From a virus (taxonomy: Duplodnaviria > Caudoviricetes), in IMG/VR virus record IMGVR_UViG_3300017909_003066, positions 45,043 to 109,042 of that record: a stretch of 64,000 nt of DNA, one strand, 5' to 3'. The position numbers were made by a program, and so were the translations under genes. Shown here piece after piece: positions 17,706-27,937 of the stretch (the stretch's first letter is position 1; each line of letters starts with the position of its first letter). The notes under the pieces were generated by a model. That model did not search any database. It was not told the origin of the DNA and worked only from the letters and a program-made list of their open reading frames with translations.

Positions 17706-18240
17706 TACTTAATTCCTTGAATAATTCTGTTGCAAATTCAAAACACTTGATTGCTTCGCCAACAAATATTTCTTCTTTGCCTTCTAATCTACTTCTTACT
17801 TTTGCAATTAATTCTTTTTCTTTCCCATCAAATTTATAATAGTGTCCTTCTCCTGGTACACGTCGAGCAATCATTTGTCCACCATGAAGATCACCAAAGT
17901 GTCGGACATAGATATGAGCAAGTAATAAAATAGGTTTAAAATTGTAAAGATGATGTACCCAATTCGTATACTTAATTGCAGATTTCTTTATTATAAAACC
18001 ACCGTACATCAGTTGATCGATATCTTTTTTAATAGCATCTGCCCTACATATATCTTCAATGCCATCTAAAATTCCTGCCTTTTTTGCCCAGCGTTCTAGT
18101 GCTTCATAAATGATATATTGATTTGCAAGATACTCAGCATAACTCTCATCAGTAAGTTCACCTTTGAGTAACTTTCTAGCAAAGTTTTGACGTTCTGCGT
18201 TTTTGTGAAAATCCCATGTCAGTTCTTTAAGAGTAGCCAT
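17698..18240 (-). CDS. hemO: Heme oxygenase
   Basis: LKELT..FHKNAE (proximal His), AHIYVRHFGDLHGGQMI. Confidence 0.9.
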   Translation of the reverse strand: MATLKELTWDFHKNAERQNFARKLLKGELTDESYAEYLANQYIIYEALERWAKKAGILDGIEDICRADAIKKDIDQLMYGGFIIKKSAIKYTNWVHHLYNFKPILLLAHIYVRHFGDLHGGQMIARRVPGEGHYYKFDGKEKELIAKVRSRLEGKEEIFVGEAIKCFEFATELFKELSNE

Positions 18241-18256
18241 GCAGATATTTACCTAA

Positions 18257-18880
18257 CTAGGCTTGTTCCCAAAAATTTATGTTTCCACTTACTGATATTC
18301 TATAATCGTCGCTTGTGTAAAAAGGATATACTGCGTGAGGCATAGCACTAGGAAACATACAAATCTTTCCGTTGAATGTTTTATCTGCTGGTATTGGCAA
18401 TGTTGTATGTTCTCCTAAAATATTTGCATATGAAAATTCAAAGTGTCCTGCTAAATTGTTATTGCTTTTAGACCCAGGACCATATGCCATTTCATCTTCA
18501 ATACTATATGGAACATTTAACCATATTACAAAACTCCATAAACCTGTATGTTGATGCACTGGGTTGAATTCATATTTTTTTTGAAAGTTCATCCAAAATC
18601 CTTTCAACACTATTTTGCCATTTGAAATGAATCTTGGTTTATAATTAGGAAATTCGTTTTTGTAATGTTTAGCAACTTGTAGTAAGAAAGGTTCGCAGTC
18701 TTGTTTTAAATCGCTTATATCATATTCATGTCGTATATTGCCAGCAAGGTTTTTATTGTACTCTTGCCCTTGAGTAAAGTTACTTTTTAAAGCATCTGCC
18801 TTTGCTTGTAATTTGTTTATAATTTCTTGCGGAACGTCTGCAATAACATAACCTAAGTTGCTAGGAAGAAAACTGTTCAT
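18257..18880 (-). CDS. 2OG-Fe(II) oxygenase-like protein
   Basis: WMNFQKKYEFNPVHQH, FPS..PH.VYPF, RISVSGN. Confidence 0.8.
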   Translation of the reverse strand: MNSFLPSNLGYVIADVPQEIINKLQAKADALKSNFTQGQEYNKNLAGNIRHEYDISDLKQDCEPFLLQVAKHYKNEFPNYKPRFISNGKIVLKGFWMNFQKKYEFNPVHQHTGLWSFVIWLNVPYSIEDEMAYGPGSKSNNNLAGHFEFSYANILGEHTTLPIPADKTFNGKICMFPSAMPHAVYPFYTSDDYRISVSGNINFWEQA

Positions 18881-19185
18881 TACGCATTTTCTATCTTAAC
18901 TTGTAAAGGAAATCCGCTTTCACGTGCAAGTACACTTGTTTCAACTCCTTTTTGCTCTGCAACTTCGTATGTGTAAATTCCTGCAACACCTGTACCATTT
19001 TTATGAATGTCCATCATTATTGCTTCTGCTCTCTCTTTATTATGCTTAAAGATATCTATTAATACTTGAATAACAAAATCCATAGGAGTAATGTTATCAT
19101 TATAAAAAATAACCTTGTACATTCCAGGCTCTTTTAGAGCAACGGTTTGTGTTTCTTTAGTAATAGTTTCGGCTTGTGTTGTCAT
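18880..19185 (-). CDS. clpS: Clp protease adaptor ClpS
   Basis: PGMYKVIFYNDNITPMDFV, IHKNG.GVAGIY.YEVAE.K, FPL. Confidence 0.93.
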   Translation of the reverse strand: MTTQAETITKETQTVALKEPGMYKVIFYNDNITPMDFVIQVLIDIFKHNKERAEAIMMDIHKNGTGVAGIYTYEVAEQKGVETSVLARESGFPLQVKIENA

Positions 19186-19247
19186 TTAAATTATCACCCG
19201 TTAAGTATTTATTTGTATAATATACACTAGATTTATGAATAAAGCAA

Positions 19248-19278
19248 GTAGGGAAGATGCCAAAAGCACCTCCCCTAC
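19248..19278 (-). terminator. Hairpin terminator after hsp20
   Basis: GTAGGGGAGGTGC...GCATCTTCCCTAC stem followed by T-rich sequence. Confidence 0.6.
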
Positions 19279-19286
19279 AATCTAGT

Positions 19287-19739
19287 TTATTTTACTGTGA
19301 TAGTTCTTGCTTTTTTACTTTCTGGAATAATTCTTTCCAAAGAGATTTGAAGCAAACCATCTTTCAACTCAGCACCTTTGACTTCTACATCATCGGAAAT
19401 TGAAAAAGACTTTGTAAATTGTCTTTTGCTAATTCCTCTGTGTAAAACACCATCAGAATCTTTGTCTTCTGTTTTGGCTTCTTGAATTGATTTAACAGTT
19501 ACAATACCATCTTCGTATGTAACGTCAATATCTTTTTTGCCAAAACCAGCCAAAGCCAACTCAATATTATATGTATGTTGTCCAGTTTTTATAATATTGT
19601 ATGGTGGATAGTTACTGTTAAAAGTAGGTGCGTTGAAGAAATCATCTTCGAACATTCTTTCGAATCTATCAAAGATAGGGTCGAAACCTACTGTTACGGG
19701 TCTTAGTTGATTAAAGATTGATAGGGATTTGTTTGTCAT
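19287..19739 (-). CDS. ibpA: Small heat shock protein Hsp20 (IbpA-like; start MTNK)
   Basis: YPPYNI, IELALAGF, LHRGISKRQF, A.LKDGLL.I.LERIIPE. Confidence 0.9.
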   Translation of the reverse strand: MTNKSLSIFNQLRPVTVGFDPIFDRFERMFEDDFFNAPTFNSNYPPYNIIKTGQHTYNIELALAGFGKKDIDVTYEDGIVTVKSIQEAKTEDKDSDGVLHRGISKRQFTKSFSISDDVEVKGAELKDGLLQISLERIIPESKKARTITVK

Positions 19740-19748
19740 TTTCTTGTC

Positions 19749-19793
19749 CTCCTTATTAAGCAAGTTAATTGTAAGACCTATCAAGCATCTTAC
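19749..19793 (-). promoter_or_regulatory. ROSE-like RNA thermometer in the hsp20 5' UTR
   Basis: CTTGCTT-AAT-AAGGAG hairpin with bulged G opposite the SD; upstream hairpin GTAAGA...TCTTAC. Confidence 0.6.
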
Positions 19794-19936
19794 ACTTTTA
19801 TTTATACAACTTAATTGTTGTATACTATATTATATAAGCATTAATTACAAAAAGTCAAGTCATTTTGGATTATTTTTTTCCAAATGGTCTATGTGCTAAA
19901 TATAATATACGTATATAATGGAATATTGGATAAGAC

Positions 19937-20227
19937 ATGACACAAAAAGATAGACTAGATAAATTAGAAAAAAAGGTAGATTTAATTATGGACAAGTTAG
20001 GTCTAGAAATGGAATCACCAAAACCAGTGTTACAAGTTTTGCCTGGTAATGAAAAAGAAGTACAATTAGAACTACAAAAAGTTCTAAATGAAATTAAAGT
20101 ATTGAAGATCAAATTTAGGAAAGTACTTCCTTCAAGTCCTATGAAGCAACATACACTAGATCAAATAGATGCTTTGAATCTAAAGAAAGACAAATTACAG
20201 GCCGAACTAAATGCAGTATCTAGATAG
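19937..20227 (+). CDS. Coiled-coil hypothetical protein
   Basis: 96 aa ORF overlapping the hemA start. Confidence 0.6.
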   Translation: MTQKDRLDKLEKKVDLIMDKLGLEMESPKPVLQVLPGNEKEVQLELQKVLNEIKVLKIKFRKVLPSSPMKQHTLDQIDALNLKKDKLQAELNAVSR

Positions 20228-21401
20228 ATTTGAAAAAGCAGTTGACGTTTTAAAAGAAGATGGTAGGTACCGTGTCTTTAATGACATATTGCGAGAGTGT
20301 GGAGATTTTCCAAAAGCAATTTGGTATTCCAAATACGCAATCAAAAAAATAGTCAATTGGTGTTCTAATGATTACTTAGGTATGGGCCAACATCAATTTG
20401 TTTTAGATGCAATGAAAACTGCACTTGAAACTGCAGGTGCTGGTAGCGGTGGAACAAGAAATATTTCTGGTACTACCCATTATCACGTTGCCTTAGAAGC
20501 AGAACTATCCAAATTACATAATAAAGAATCGGCATTACTATTCACTAGTGCCTTTAATGCTAATGAAACAACATTAGAAACAGTAGCAAAAATTATTCCT
20601 GATATTACTTTTATAAGTGATGCTAAAAATCATAGTTCAATTATACAAGGTATCAGACACAGCAAAGCAAATAAAGTTATTTGGCGACATAACGATTTAA
20701 AACATTTGGAAGAATTGTTACAAACAATAGATACTCCTGTAATGGTAGTATTTGAATCAGTTTACTCTATGGACGGAGATATTGCTCCGGTCAAAGAAAT
20801 AGTTGAACTATGCAAAAAGTATAAAGCAATAAGTTATATTGATGAAGTTCATGCTGTTGGCATGTATGGACCCAACGGCGGTGGCGTTTGCGAAGAGCAA
20901 GGTTTAGACGTAGACATCATCAATGGAACACTTGCAAAGGCTTTTGGAGTTCAAGGTGGCTACATTGCCGCTAGTAAAACTTTTATTGATGCTATACGTT
21001 CATACGCACCTGCTTTCATATTTACAACATCGCTTTCCCCGGTGTTATGTGCTGGTGCTTTAGCATCAATAAAATATGTTAAAGAACATGATAATTTAAG
21101 ATTGTTAATTCATAGCAAAGCAGACGAACTCAAACAAAAGTTTCGTGATGCAGATATACCTATATTAGAAAATAACAGTCATATAGTTCCAGTAATGATA
21201 AAAGATGCTGTGAAATGTAAAAAGATATCAGACGATTTACTTTATAAAGATGGTATCTACGTACAACCAATTAACTTTCCTACTGTTGATGTAGGAACAG
21301 AAAGACTACGTTTTTGTCCAGGACCTAATCACACATCAGGAATGATGGACGAGTTGGTGGATAAATTACTAATAGTGTTAGAAAGGCACAAAATACAATG
21401 A
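20211..21401 (+). CDS. hemA: 5-aminolevulinate synthase (Shemin/C4 pathway)
   Basis: [37 protein letters not shown] (PLP Lys), FIFTTSL. Confidence 0.95.
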   Translation: MQYLDRFEKAVDVLKEDGRYRVFNDILRECGDFPKAIWYSKYAIKKIVNWCSNDYLGMGQHQFVLDAMKTALETAGAGSGGTRNISGTTHYHVALEAELSKLHNKESALLFTSAFNANETTLETVAKIIPDITFISDAKNHSSIIQGIRHSKANKVIWRHNDLKHLEELLQTIDTPVMVVFESVYSMDGDIAPVKEIVELCKKYKAISYIDEVHAVGMYGPNGGGVCEEQGLDVDIINGTLAKAFGVQGGYIAASKTFIDAIRSYAPAFIFTTSLSPVLCAGALASIKYVKEHDNLRLLIHSKADELKQKFRDADIPILENNSHIVPVMIKDAVKCKKISDDLLYKDGIYVQPINFPTVDVGTERLRFCPGPNHTSGMMDELVDKLLIVLERHKIQ

Positions 21402-21817
21402 ATAAAATAAAAAAATATATATGGATGGGATTAGGCTTTGCGTCCTTGGGTATGGCATACGTTGGTGTTGTTGTTCCTGGAATTCCTTTTTCTATCTTTT
21501 TAGTTTTTGCGGCATATTGTTTTGCAAAAAGTTCTAAGAGAATGCACGATTGGTTATACAATCACAAATACTTTGGCCCATTCTTAACCAATTGGGTACA
21601 AAAGAAAGTATTTCCTACTAAAGGAAAATACCTTATGATTGCAGTGATGGCTTCGTCACTTATCTTCCTTTGGTTCACAACTGAAAATATAAAAGCAGTA
21701 ATGTGGAGTGGAGGCTTTATGGCATTAGTAGCCATATGGGCATGGAGATTCCCTGGTTCAGTTGAAGAACACCAACGTAGAATTGATGCTGGAGAACGTG
21801 TTGCATGGCTCAAGTAA
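21398..21817 (+). CDS. ybaN: YbaN/DUF454 membrane protein
   Basis: [27 protein letters not shown]. Confidence 0.85.
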   Translation: MNKIKKYIWMGLGFASLGMAYVGVVVPGIPFSIFLVFAAYCFAKSSKRMHDWLYNHKYFGPFLTNWVQKKVFPTKGKYLMIAVMASSLIFLWFTTENIKAVMWSGGFMALVAIWAWRFPGSVEEHQRRIDAGERVAWLK

Positions 21818-22365
21818 CTCTAACAAAGAAACCAATTCTACTAGATCCATTCATTCCAGAAGAATGGTTACATATTAGAATAAAGAAAGAAATAATTCAT
21901 CAAGGCTTTCCGTGGCACTATCCAGGTGTAGCAGTAATTGATGATCCGGATCCCTATAAGGCTTGTTTTGCAACACAATTTTTTGACAAGCCTACAGGTG
22001 ATGACAAATGGTATCTAGCACCGAGTCTTACTCATGCATTTGATAGTTTTGCATGGCGTAATCAAGATTGGTTTAAAATAGATCATGTGATGAGATGTAG
22101 AGCAAACATGTATGCTCCGGGTCAAGTTACAAGTCCGCATATAGATAACGAAAATGAAAACCGTTGGAGTCTACTATATTATTTGAATGATGCTGACGGT
22201 GGAACAGTTATAGATGGCAAAGAATATCAGCATAAAGAAAACACTGCGGTATTCTTTGATGCTAGATTAAATCACTATCCTATTGCTTCAACAACGCCCA
22301 GCCGTATCAGTGTAAACTGGATAATAGCCGGACGTTATAAAGAAGATACAGTAAAACTAGATTAA
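21805..22365 (+). CDS. 2OG-Fe(II) oxygenase
   Basis: PHID, LYYLNDADGGT, H......RISVN. Confidence 0.8.
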   Translation: MAQVTLTKKPILLDPFIPEEWLHIRIKKEIIHQGFPWHYPGVAVIDDPDPYKACFATQFFDKPTGDDKWYLAPSLTHAFDSFAWRNQDWFKIDHVMRCRANMYAPGQVTSPHIDNENENRWSLLYYLNDADGGTVIDGKEYQHKENTAVFFDARLNHYPIASTTPSRISVNWIIAGRYKEDTVKLD

Positions 22366-22958
22366 AGGTTTACTTTCAAGTCAATTCCAAAAAATGCCTT
22401 ATCATTTTTGAAATCATCGTCAAAATCTATTTCAATAAAAGGCGACACTGAAAATTGACCAAACTTGTATTTTGTACCTATAAACGTTTGTAAATGGCTG
22501 TAATCTAAATTACTACCTTTATACGTATATTGTACATGTGGTTCAAAGATTAAGAACGGTGAACCAAATAGGTAGTTAGGTTGTCCTTGTGCTTTTAAAC
22601 CAAACTGTGGGCGATAACGCATAACGTTTTCTTTACTTTCTCTTGATCTATGTTCAAATCTTGAGTTGAAAAAGAACGCTCCATTTTTAATCTGCTTGAC
22701 TTGAAAGCGAATCCAATCTTCACTTAAACCTGCACGATCAATACTTCTGTACTCTAAACGATATGGTGTTTCAGAGAAATCGTATCTTAAGATACGTTGA
22801 GAATAATTTTTGTTATCATACTCTCTTGCACCAAAAGTCCAATTGTTATAAGATACAAAAGCATTTACTTCTGTGTAATCAAAGTTTTTTGCACCTGCAT
22901 TACTTGTGCCGGCAAACATCAAAATGCTTGCCATAAATGCTATAATAATTAATTTCAT
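22362..22958 (-). CDS. Outer-membrane beta-barrel protein (DUF2490-like)
   Basis: Signal peptide, alternating aromatic strands, RFEHR..RYRP, C-terminal strand FGIDLKVNL. Confidence 0.6.
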   Translation of the reverse strand: MKLIIIAFMASILMFAGTSNAGAKNFDYTEVNAFVSYNNWTFGAREYDNKNYSQRILRYDFSETPYRLEYRSIDRAGLSEDWIRFQVKQIKNGAFFFNSRFEHRSRESKENVMRYRPQFGLKAQGQPNYLFGSPFLIFEPHVQYTYKGSNLDYSHLQTFIGTKYKFGQFSVSPFIEIDFDDDFKNDKAFFGIDLKVNL

Positions 22959-23037
22959 GTTTTTTCTCCCATAAAATAAAATTAGTCAAAATAATTGATG
23001 GAGAATCTACTCTACAAATATCAATAAACTGCAATTT

Positions 23038-24087
23038 TTATAAAATTAAGGTTAATCCACCTGCACCAACTAGTAATAATATCCATGTGCCTATAGCATT
23101 TAGATATTTTTTCCATGGTGTTCCAAAGTACATTTTGCCAATTGCCATACATTTATGCATAGGTGATATTAGATATCCTGCATAATCCAAAGCAAAGAAC
23201 CATACAAAGTATTCAATACCATACACTAAAGATAGTATTGTTGTAATAGCGGCAAATCTACTACTAGACCCAAACGCAAATGCTGAACCAAATGCCACAG
23301 AACTTATAGTAATAAATCCCTGCAACGTATCAATATCAAAAGCAGATCCTTCTAGCCATGCTTTAACATCGTTTGTGTGTTCTCTTGAGAAGTTAGCCAT
23401 TACAATAATGACTGCCACCCATGCAAGTAATTTAAAGTCTACAAAGCCTAATAGTTTTTTGTAGTTCCACGTCATAGTTAATACCATATAGTAGAACAGT
23501 AATATACCAAACACTAACCAAGGATCTAAACCTCCAACTGGTTTCAGTGCAAGTACAATAGCAAATAGAAATGGTAAAACATTTCTAATTACATTTGATA
23601 CTTTGAAATGTTGTTTCTGTATATTAAGTTCGATATCATCTTCTTTTACAAAGAAAATAATGTAAGCAAATACTAATCCTAAAGAAACAATTAAAAGTGG
23701 TGCCAGTTGATAAACAACTGCTCCGTAACCAATACTAAATGCGGCCATTGGTATTAGAATTGTTTTTTCTAATGGTGACCAAACATAATAATGGTGTGTT
23801 GATAGATAGTCGATAATGCCAAACTTTTCTCGTCCTTTTGATCCTTTCGGAGGAGCGATAGTGTCTAACATACCAGCCGAAACTGTTACTCGACCCGATA
23901 TGGGAAGTATACCCGTAAAAGCACTCATCAGTGCAACAATTACACGTTTTGATTTAAAAACTTTTTGAATGTAGGCATAAGCACCTGCAAACAAGTTATT
24001 CTCTTTAATTAAACCCGCAATCATCATGATAAACGCAATAAACAGTAGGTATTCTTGCCCCTTGTATAGCAAGTTAAAATTTTCCAA
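23038..24087 (-). CDS. Multi-pass transporter (ion transporter/CitMHS-like)
   Basis: About 9-10 TM helices; GILPI.GR and ISPMHKC motifs. Confidence 0.6.
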   Translation of the reverse strand: MENFNLLYKGQEYLLFIAFIMMIAGLIKENNLFAGAYAYIQKVFKSKRVIVALMSAFTGILPISGRVTVSAGMLDTIAPPKGSKGREKFGIIDYLSTHHYYVWSPLEKTILIPMAAFSIGYGAVVYQLAPLLIVSLGLVFAYIIFFVKEDDIELNIQKQHFKVSNVIRNVLPFLFAIVLALKPVGGLDPWLVFGILLFYYMVLTMTWNYKKLLGFVDFKLLAWVAVIIVMANFSREHTNDVKAWLEGSAFDIDTLQGFITISSVAFGSAFAFGSSSRFAAITTILSLVYGIEYFVWFFALDYAGYLISPMHKCMAIGKMYFGTPWKKYLNAIGTWILLLVGAGGLTLIL

Positions 24088-24141
24088 GGTAATTACTCCT
24101 GTTGTTTATTGCTAATATTCACATACTAGCGTTCATAAAAA

Positions 24142-24169
24142 AACTGCTGGGAAACTATTCCCAACAGTT
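24142..24169 (-). terminator. Hairpin terminator after peroxiredoxin
   Basis: AACTGTTGGGAA...TTCCCAGCAGTT followed by a T run. Confidence 0.6.
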
Positions 24170-24198
24170 ATATTTAATTTATTGAAAATTAGACTTGT

Positions 24199-24741
24199 TT
24201 AAATTTGACTAAGATAATCTAAACAATTCTCTGGTGTTGTTTCGATATAAGGATCGTCGTCCTTACCATCATTATTGATGCCAGGTTCCTGCCACCATTT
24301 TTCAACAACTCCGTCATTGATGATAGCCATATACCGCCAACTTCTGTTACCAAATCCTCTATGGTTTTTTCCAATAAGCATACCCATAAAACGTGTAAAG
24401 TTTCCTGAACCATCTGGAATAACTTTTACATTCTTAATACCTAGCACTTCTGCCCAAGCATTCATAACAAATGTATCATTTACTGAACAACAATAAATTT
24501 CATCGATGCCCATTTTCTTAATGTGTTCGTAGTTTTCTTCAAAACTTGGTAGTTGTGTCGATGTACAAGTAGGTGTAAATGCTCCTGGTAAACTAAACAA
24601 TACTACACGTTTACCTTTAAAGTAAGTATCTGTAGTTGTTTCAATCCATTCACCTTCGTCAAAACTACAACCTTGTTCTAATACGACATCACCTACACGT
24701 ACTTTGAAAGTAGTTAAAGGAATTTCAAACCCTTCTTTCAT
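24199..24741 (-). CDS. Peroxiredoxin (Prx5-like; start MKEGF)
   Basis: FSLPGAFTPTCTS, SVNDTFVMNAW, RSWRY. Confidence 0.92.
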   Translation of the reverse strand: MKEGFEIPLTTFKVRVGDVVLEQGCSFDEGEWIETTTDTYFKGKRVVLFSLPGAFTPTCTSTQLPSFEENYEHIKKMGIDEIYCCSVNDTFVMNAWAEVLGIKNVKVIPDGSGNFTRFMGMLIGKNHRGFGNRSWRYMAIINDGVVEKWWQEPGINNDGKDDDPYIETTPENCLDYLSQI

Positions 24742-24770
24742 GTGTGTCTCCTGTATTAAAATTTGATCTA

Positions 24771-25883
24771 CTATACATTGCCATACACTGTATTCACTTG
24801 TTGAGTACAACGTACAAATGTGGTACACTTAGGCATATCTTTAATCCTTTGTGCACCAATATAAGTAGCGGCAGATCTAACGCCACCTAATATTTCTGTA
24901 AGGGTGTCTTTAACTTCACCCTTGTATGGAATAGAAACTACTTTGCCTTCAGCACCTCTATAACCATCTTTTCTACTTCCATGTTTTGCCATGGCCGCAT
25001 TTGAACTCATTCCATAAAACTCAACAAAGTCTTGTGATTCAAAGTAAGGAACATAAGTTCCATCGTTAAGTTTATGAGCACCACCTTTTTGTGTATGCTT
25101 CTTTGTAATCTCTCCACCGCCTTCTTTATGGCCTGCTAACATTCCACCTAGCATAACAAAGTGTGCACCAGCGCCAAAGGCTTTTGCAACATCGCCCGGA
25201 TACACACAACCGCCGTCAGCAATGATATGACCTCCAACGCCGTTAGCCGCATCAGAACATTCAATGATTCCAGATAGTTGTGGTACACCAACACCTGTCA
25301 TTAATCGTGTAGTACATACTGATCCTGGACCAATACCGCATTTTACAATGTCAGCACCGCGTAGGATTAATTCTTCAGTCATTTCTCCTGTAATTACATT
25401 TCCTGCAATAATAATTTTGTCTGGATATTGATCACGCAACTTTGAAATAAAGTCTGCATAATTTTCAAAATATCCATTTGCAACATCAACTGTAATAAAA
25501 GGAATGTCTGGATACATTTCTAATACAGTTTTCATTGTAGCAAAGTCTTGTGCATCTTCGTCCCAAATCACTGCCGTGCCTGTACATGCAGATAGGTATT
25601 TCATTTTTACACCATCTCCGATCGCTTGTTTCCAGTCGTCAACAGAATAATGCTTACGCATTACAGTTATCATTTTCTTTTCTTGCAATACTTTTGCCAT
25701 TTCAAATGTTCCTACGCCATCCATGTTACTAGCCATAATAGGAATACCTGTCCACTCTTTGCCACTGTTTAAAAATTTAAAAGTTCTTTGCAAGTCAACA
25801 TCTTTGCGACTTGTTAGTTTAGAACGTTTTGGTTTGAAAAGAACGTCCTTAAAGTCTAGTTTTACATCTTGTTCAATTCTCAT
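24771..25883 (-). CDS. guaC: GMP reductase
   Basis: KLDFKDVL, DVANGY, GIGPGSVCTTR, ADGG, FYGMSS, RGAEGK. Confidence 0.95.
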   Translation of the reverse strand: MRIEQDVKLDFKDVLFKPKRSKLTSRKDVDLQRTFKFLNSGKEWTGIPIMASNMDGVGTFEMAKVLQEKKMITVMRKHYSVDDWKQAIGDGVKMKYLSACTGTAVIWDEDAQDFATMKTVLEMYPDIPFITVDVANGYFENYADFISKLRDQYPDKIIIAGNVITGEMTEELILRGADIVKCGIGPGSVCTTRLMTGVGVPQLSGIIECSDAANGVGGHIIADGGCVYPGDVAKAFGAGAHFVMLGGMLAGHKEGGGEITKKHTQKGGAHKLNDGTYVPYFESQDFVEFYGMSSNAAMAKHGSRKDGYRGAEGKVVSIPYKGEVKDTLTEILGGVRSAATYIGAQRIKDMPKCTTFVRCTQQVNTVYGNV

Positions 25884-26419
25884 TATGCAGTAACTCCTAA
25901 CTTGTTATATGCTTGTTGAACACAGATTGCTTGATAATAACAATCTGCTAAGGCATTGTGTGCTTGTTGCCTAATTGCTTTACGTGGATCTTCTGGAAGC
26001 AAACTAAACAATGTTCTGCTATCTCTAATTTGCCAAAAGTTCCATGGGATAGGTTTGCCTAGTTGTTGATATAAATTTTCTAATATAACAATATCAAAAG
26101 CAGGACCTTGTGCCCATATAGTATCTACCCCAACAAGGAATTTGTTGAGTTCAACTGTCATTTTTTCTAAACTTATTCTACCTTCGTCCGTAAATGCTTC
26201 GTCTTGAACTGATTGTGCTTGTTTGCCCCACCATTCTATTGTGGAGTCATCTTGTGTTCTACCTAGTTGGTCTTGTGAATTAATATCAATTTTTTGATAT
26301 ATACCATCATGTGGCTCTTGTGTATTAAAGGGATTAAATTTGATTGCACCAAGTGTTAATATAACACAGTCTGGTTTTGTGCCTAGAGTTTCTAGGTCTA
26401 TCATCGCATGTAGAGCCAT
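25883..26419 (-). CDS. DEDDh 3'-5' exonuclease (Rv2179c-like)
   Basis: MIDLETLG, WAQG..FD, RDSRT, HNALAD. Confidence 0.85.
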   Translation of the reverse strand: MALHAMIDLETLGTKPDCVILTLGAIKFNPFNTQEPHDGIYQKIDINSQDQLGRTQDDSTIEWWGKQAQSVQDEAFTDEGRISLEKMTVELNKFLVGVDTIWAQGPAFDIVILENLYQQLGKPIPWNFWQIRDSRTLFSLLPEDPRKAIRQQAHNALADCYYQAICVQQAYNKLGVTA

Positions 26420-26430
26420 TCATTTTGCCT

Positions 26431-26697
26431 TTAGTATTTGTTTTCTTGTTCTTTCATTTCACGTTGTTGTCTACGAATTGCCGCTTTTTTAGCCTTACGT
26501 TTCTTATCGCTAGGTTTTTCATAGTACTGACGATCTCTAAATTCTTGAACAATACCTGCCTCGTTAACTTTACGTTTGAACTTTCTTAAAGCCTTCATAA
26601 AGTCTTGTGGAGAGTTTCCTCTCACTACGACAGCACATCCTGCCTCATTAGGATCTCTTACTTGCGCCATTGTTCTTACCTTAACGTTTTTTGCCAT
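26431..26697 (-). CDS. rpsU: Ribosomal protein bS21
   Basis: ALRKFKRKV...GI..E.R.RQYYEKPS.KKR. Confidence 0.9.
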   Translation of the reverse strand: MAKNVKVRTMAQVRDPNEAGCAVVVRGNSPQDFMKALRKFKRKVNEAGIVQEFRDRQYYEKPSDKKRKAKKAAIRRQQREMKEQENKY

Positions 26698-27937
26698 TTG
26701 TCCTTGTATTCTTATATACTAACAATGGTTTTTCACCGTTAGTAATTGTTTCTTTTTGTACTGTTATAGTTTCTAATCCATTTTCAGCAAGTTCTTCTGC
26801 TTCGAACTGATACTCTAAAAGTACATCTTCAATTATGCTCTTAAGTCCTCTAGCACCTGTTTTAAGTTTCTTTGCCTTTTTTGCAATGGCCCTTAAACTT
26901 TCGTCTGTAAACTCAAGATTAACCTTGTCTAAGTCAAACAAATATTTGTATTGTTTAACTAAACTGTTCTTAGGCTCTTTTATAATACTACAAAGTTGCT
27001 CTTCTGTCAACTCTTTTACTGAAGTAATTAAACCAAATCGACCAATAAATTCTGGTATAAATCCATATTTTACTAGATCTTCTGGTAATACATTTGATAA
27101 GTCTGGTTCTTGATTTGGATCAGCAATACTTTGGCCAAAACCCATTCCGCCCGATTTGGTTCTTTCGCCTATTACTTTATCTAAACCAACAAATGCTCCC
27201 CCTACAACAAACAATATGTTTTGTGTATCAACATCTACCATTTCTGCACCTGGATGTTTTCTTTTAGAACCTTGAGCACTAACTCTAACTGTTGTACCTT
27301 CAATTATTTTAAGTAAACCTTGTTGTACTCCCTCTCCTGATACATCTCTTGTTATTGAAACATTTTGTGATTTCTTTGTGATTTTATCTATTTCGTCAAT
27401 AAAAATAATACCGCGTTCTGCTAATTTTACATCTCCGTTTGCATTAGTCAACAACCTGTTTATAATGCTTTCTACATCATCACCTACATAACCTGCTTCT
27501 GTTAATGTAGTAGCATCACAAATTGCAAATGGTACATTTAGATAATCTGAAACTGTTTGAGCAATTAAAGTTTTACCTGAACCAGTTGGACCCATAACCA
27601 TTACATTAGTTTTATCTAGTTTGATGTCTTCTGACGGATTGTTTAATTTTTTATAGTGTTGTGCAACTGCAACTGACATAGCAATTTTGGCTCTATCTTG
27701 TCCTATTACATGTTGGTCCAAAAACATTTTTATATCTTTTGGATTAAGTTTTTCTTTTCCTACGCCTGCTTCTTCTTTAAGTGTTTTTACTTTTTCGTTA
27801 ACTAAAATACCATTACATAATTCCACGCATTCATTACATATTGCACTATCATCACCTACAATAAGTTTTGCAACTTCTGATTTGTCCTTGCCACAAAAAT
27901 GACATTTGTAACCTTTGTCTTTAATATTATTGCTCAT
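26681..27937 (-). CDS. clpX: Clp protease ATP-binding subunit ClpX
   Basis: Zn finger CHFCGK...ICNECV, GPTGSGKT, IDEIDKI, RDVSGEGVQQGLLK, RKHP. Confidence 0.96.
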   Translation of the reverse strand: MSNNIKDKGYKCHFCGKDKSEVAKLIVGDDSAICNECVELCNGILVNEKVKTLKEEAGVGKEKLNPKDIKMFLDQHVIGQDRAKIAMSVAVAQHYKKLNNPSEDIKLDKTNVMVMGPTGSGKTLIAQTVSDYLNVPFAICDATTLTEAGYVGDDVESIINRLLTNANGDVKLAERGIIFIDEIDKITKKSQNVSITRDVSGEGVQQGLLKIIEGTTVRVSAQGSKRKHPGAEMVDVDTQNILFVVGGAFVGLDKVIGERTKSGGMGFGQSIADPNQEPDLSNVLPEDLVKYGFIPEFIGRFGLITSVKELTEEQLCSIIKEPKNSLVKQYKYLFDLDKVNLEFTDESLRAIAKKAKKLKTGARGLKSIIEDVLLEYQFEAEELAENGLETITVQKETITNGEKPLLVYKNTRTNGKKR

